This document shows positions 1 to 64,000 of a stretch of DNA of 64,000 nt, piece after piece. Each line of letters opens with the position of its first letter. Within the stretch, counting starts at the first letter, position 1. The translations under genes were made by a program, and so were the position numbers. Source of the stretch: Octopus vulgaris (Eukaryota); the NCBI GenBank assembly GCA_951406725.2, contig OX597834.1:186001-250000 (forward strand). Reading direction: 5' to 3'. The notes beneath the pieces were generated by a model. It saw only the letters and a program-made list of their open reading frames with translations. It made no database searches and was not told the DNA's origin.

Positions 1-127
1 ATTCAACTTCCCGTCCGTCATTTTCCAACAAAATGCTGGAAACGATCTACTTATGTGATTTATGCACCCTAAGGTTTGTTTTTGTTTTTGTAAAAAAAGT
101 GCATAAATTACGTGGGTTTTTACAGTA
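1..127. mobile_element. Probable terminus of a pogo/Tigger-like DNA transposon or MITE
   Basis: Ends ...aagtgcataaattacgtgggtttttacagta, resembling TACCGTA-type TIR ends; only one end is visible. Confidence 0.3.
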
Positions 128-324
128 ATTTTGAAGGGAGGGAATTTGAACTCAAAATATAAAGAGCAGAACAGAAACTACAGAACCGTTTTTTTTTTCC
201 TGATGATTCTATAGTTTGCATCCACTTTCAGATGAAGTCATTTGCCAAATAAGTTCCATTCAAATATATTTCAATAAAAGACAGAGAAAAATTTAGTTGA
301 AATAAAAAGTTGACAAGCACTTAC

Positions 325-62690
<62,366 letters not shown>

Positions 62691-63315
62691 CTGTTAAAAA
62701 AAAACAAAACAACAGGCAAGATTGAATTACTTGAAGAGTCTAAACCTATGAAACCTAAGTCCATGAGTTCAATATCTACAAACATGGGAATGTATTTATG
62801 AAACAGAAATATTTCACAATCTGAAAACTGTTGGAGGTTTCTAAAAGGTACACAAAAGATTAAATTAAGAAAATTTACAATAAAAGAAAAATCGATTTTG
62901 CTATCAAAAAATTAGCTTAAATTTTTAGTCCCCCATTTTGGGGACAATAAGTCACTTTTTCAATACATATGCACTTACACATCTATAAATGTAATACCTA
63001 TACAAACATATGTATTTAAATATACATCAATGGAAATATAGTCTGTGTATGAGTGAGTATGTATGTGCTTGTATGTATGTGTGTGTATACACACACACAC
63101 AGGAGCAAGTACAGCCATATAGATAAGAAGTTCATTTTGAAAACATGGTTTCAAGTTTGTTCCACCGTGTTCTATGATGTGTAGACAACAGCTTTGGGTT
63201 GGAGTTAAGGAAGGGCATCCAGTCACAGAAACCATACCAAAATCAACATTGGAGCAGCATGACACCTACACCATCCAACCTACACCAGCTTAGAAAAAGT
63301 ATGTTAAAGAGGATG

Positions 63316-63358
<43 letters not shown>

Positions 63359-63616
63359 CTATGGTTGCAGAACAAACAAATACAAGGTCATCCAAGTAGC
63401 ATTTCGTATCTCGAACATTTAATCACAAAATGCTTTTTCTTTCACATAGAATATACATGTATAACATCACGGAAGATGAAACATAACTCATCAGTACAAG
63501 CATATAAGAAAAGGCAAGGAAAATGTGTGAATACAGTTCATCACGGTTAAAAGTTAATACTTTAGCGATTAAGAAATATATTTTTTTAAAAACATTACAA
63601 CACCTAGAATAATAAA

Positions 63617-64000
63617 TACGTACAAATATAAAGTAATATATAAATATATAGATATATAAAAAAATATATAAAAATACATATATATAGGAAGCATATAAAT
63701 AAGTAATATATAATATATAAGGTATATAACGTGCATTAAATACAGTGATGTACCCCTGAAATGGCCAAAGGGAATGTAAATATGGTTTCTTCTTCTTTGC
63801 TTGGACACTGGATTTTAACTATAGGTTTCCCTTATCTGAAAAGTAAATTTTAATGAGAAAAAAAAAAAATTTCTAAACAATGAACTTTTATCTTACCTTA
63901 TATATTATATATTACTTACTTATATGCTTCCTATATATATGTATTTTTATATATTTTTTTATATATCTATATATTTATATATTACTTTATATTTGTACGT
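63617..64000. repeat. AT-rich inverted repeat (arms of at least 106 bp, ~170-bp spacer), truncated by the window end
   Basis: 63618-63724 is the reverse complement of 63895-64000 apart from a couple of small differences. Confidence 0.85.

Overview
AT-rich, microsatellite-rich animal genomic DNA. The repeat families and the channel sequence suggest an octopod cephalopod, which is an inference. The whole window lies inside one minus-strand gene for a Cav2 (cacophony / CACNA1A-B-E type) voltage-gated Ca2+ channel alpha-1 subunit. I traced phase-compatible GT-AG exons from the II-III loop (62690) through domains III and IV to IVS6 and the start of the EF-hand (325). The most notable observation is a tandemly duplicated and probably mutually exclusive exon pair encoding the IVS1-S2 extracellular loop plus IVS2 (40663-40773 and 34397-34531), with a possible third, highly divergent copy (39929-40021). 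There is also a 27-nt II-III-loop microexon and a tandem donor that could truncate the channel after domain II. The introns hold a cluster of Dong/R4 LINEs in a (TAA)n array, an inverted pair of RTE LINEs next to the IVS4 exon, a CR1/L2 3' end, a Tc1/mariner remnant, SINEs and MITEs. Several small foldback elements in (TA)n tracts carry degenerate minimal type-I hammerhead ribozyme motifs of the Penelope-like kind.
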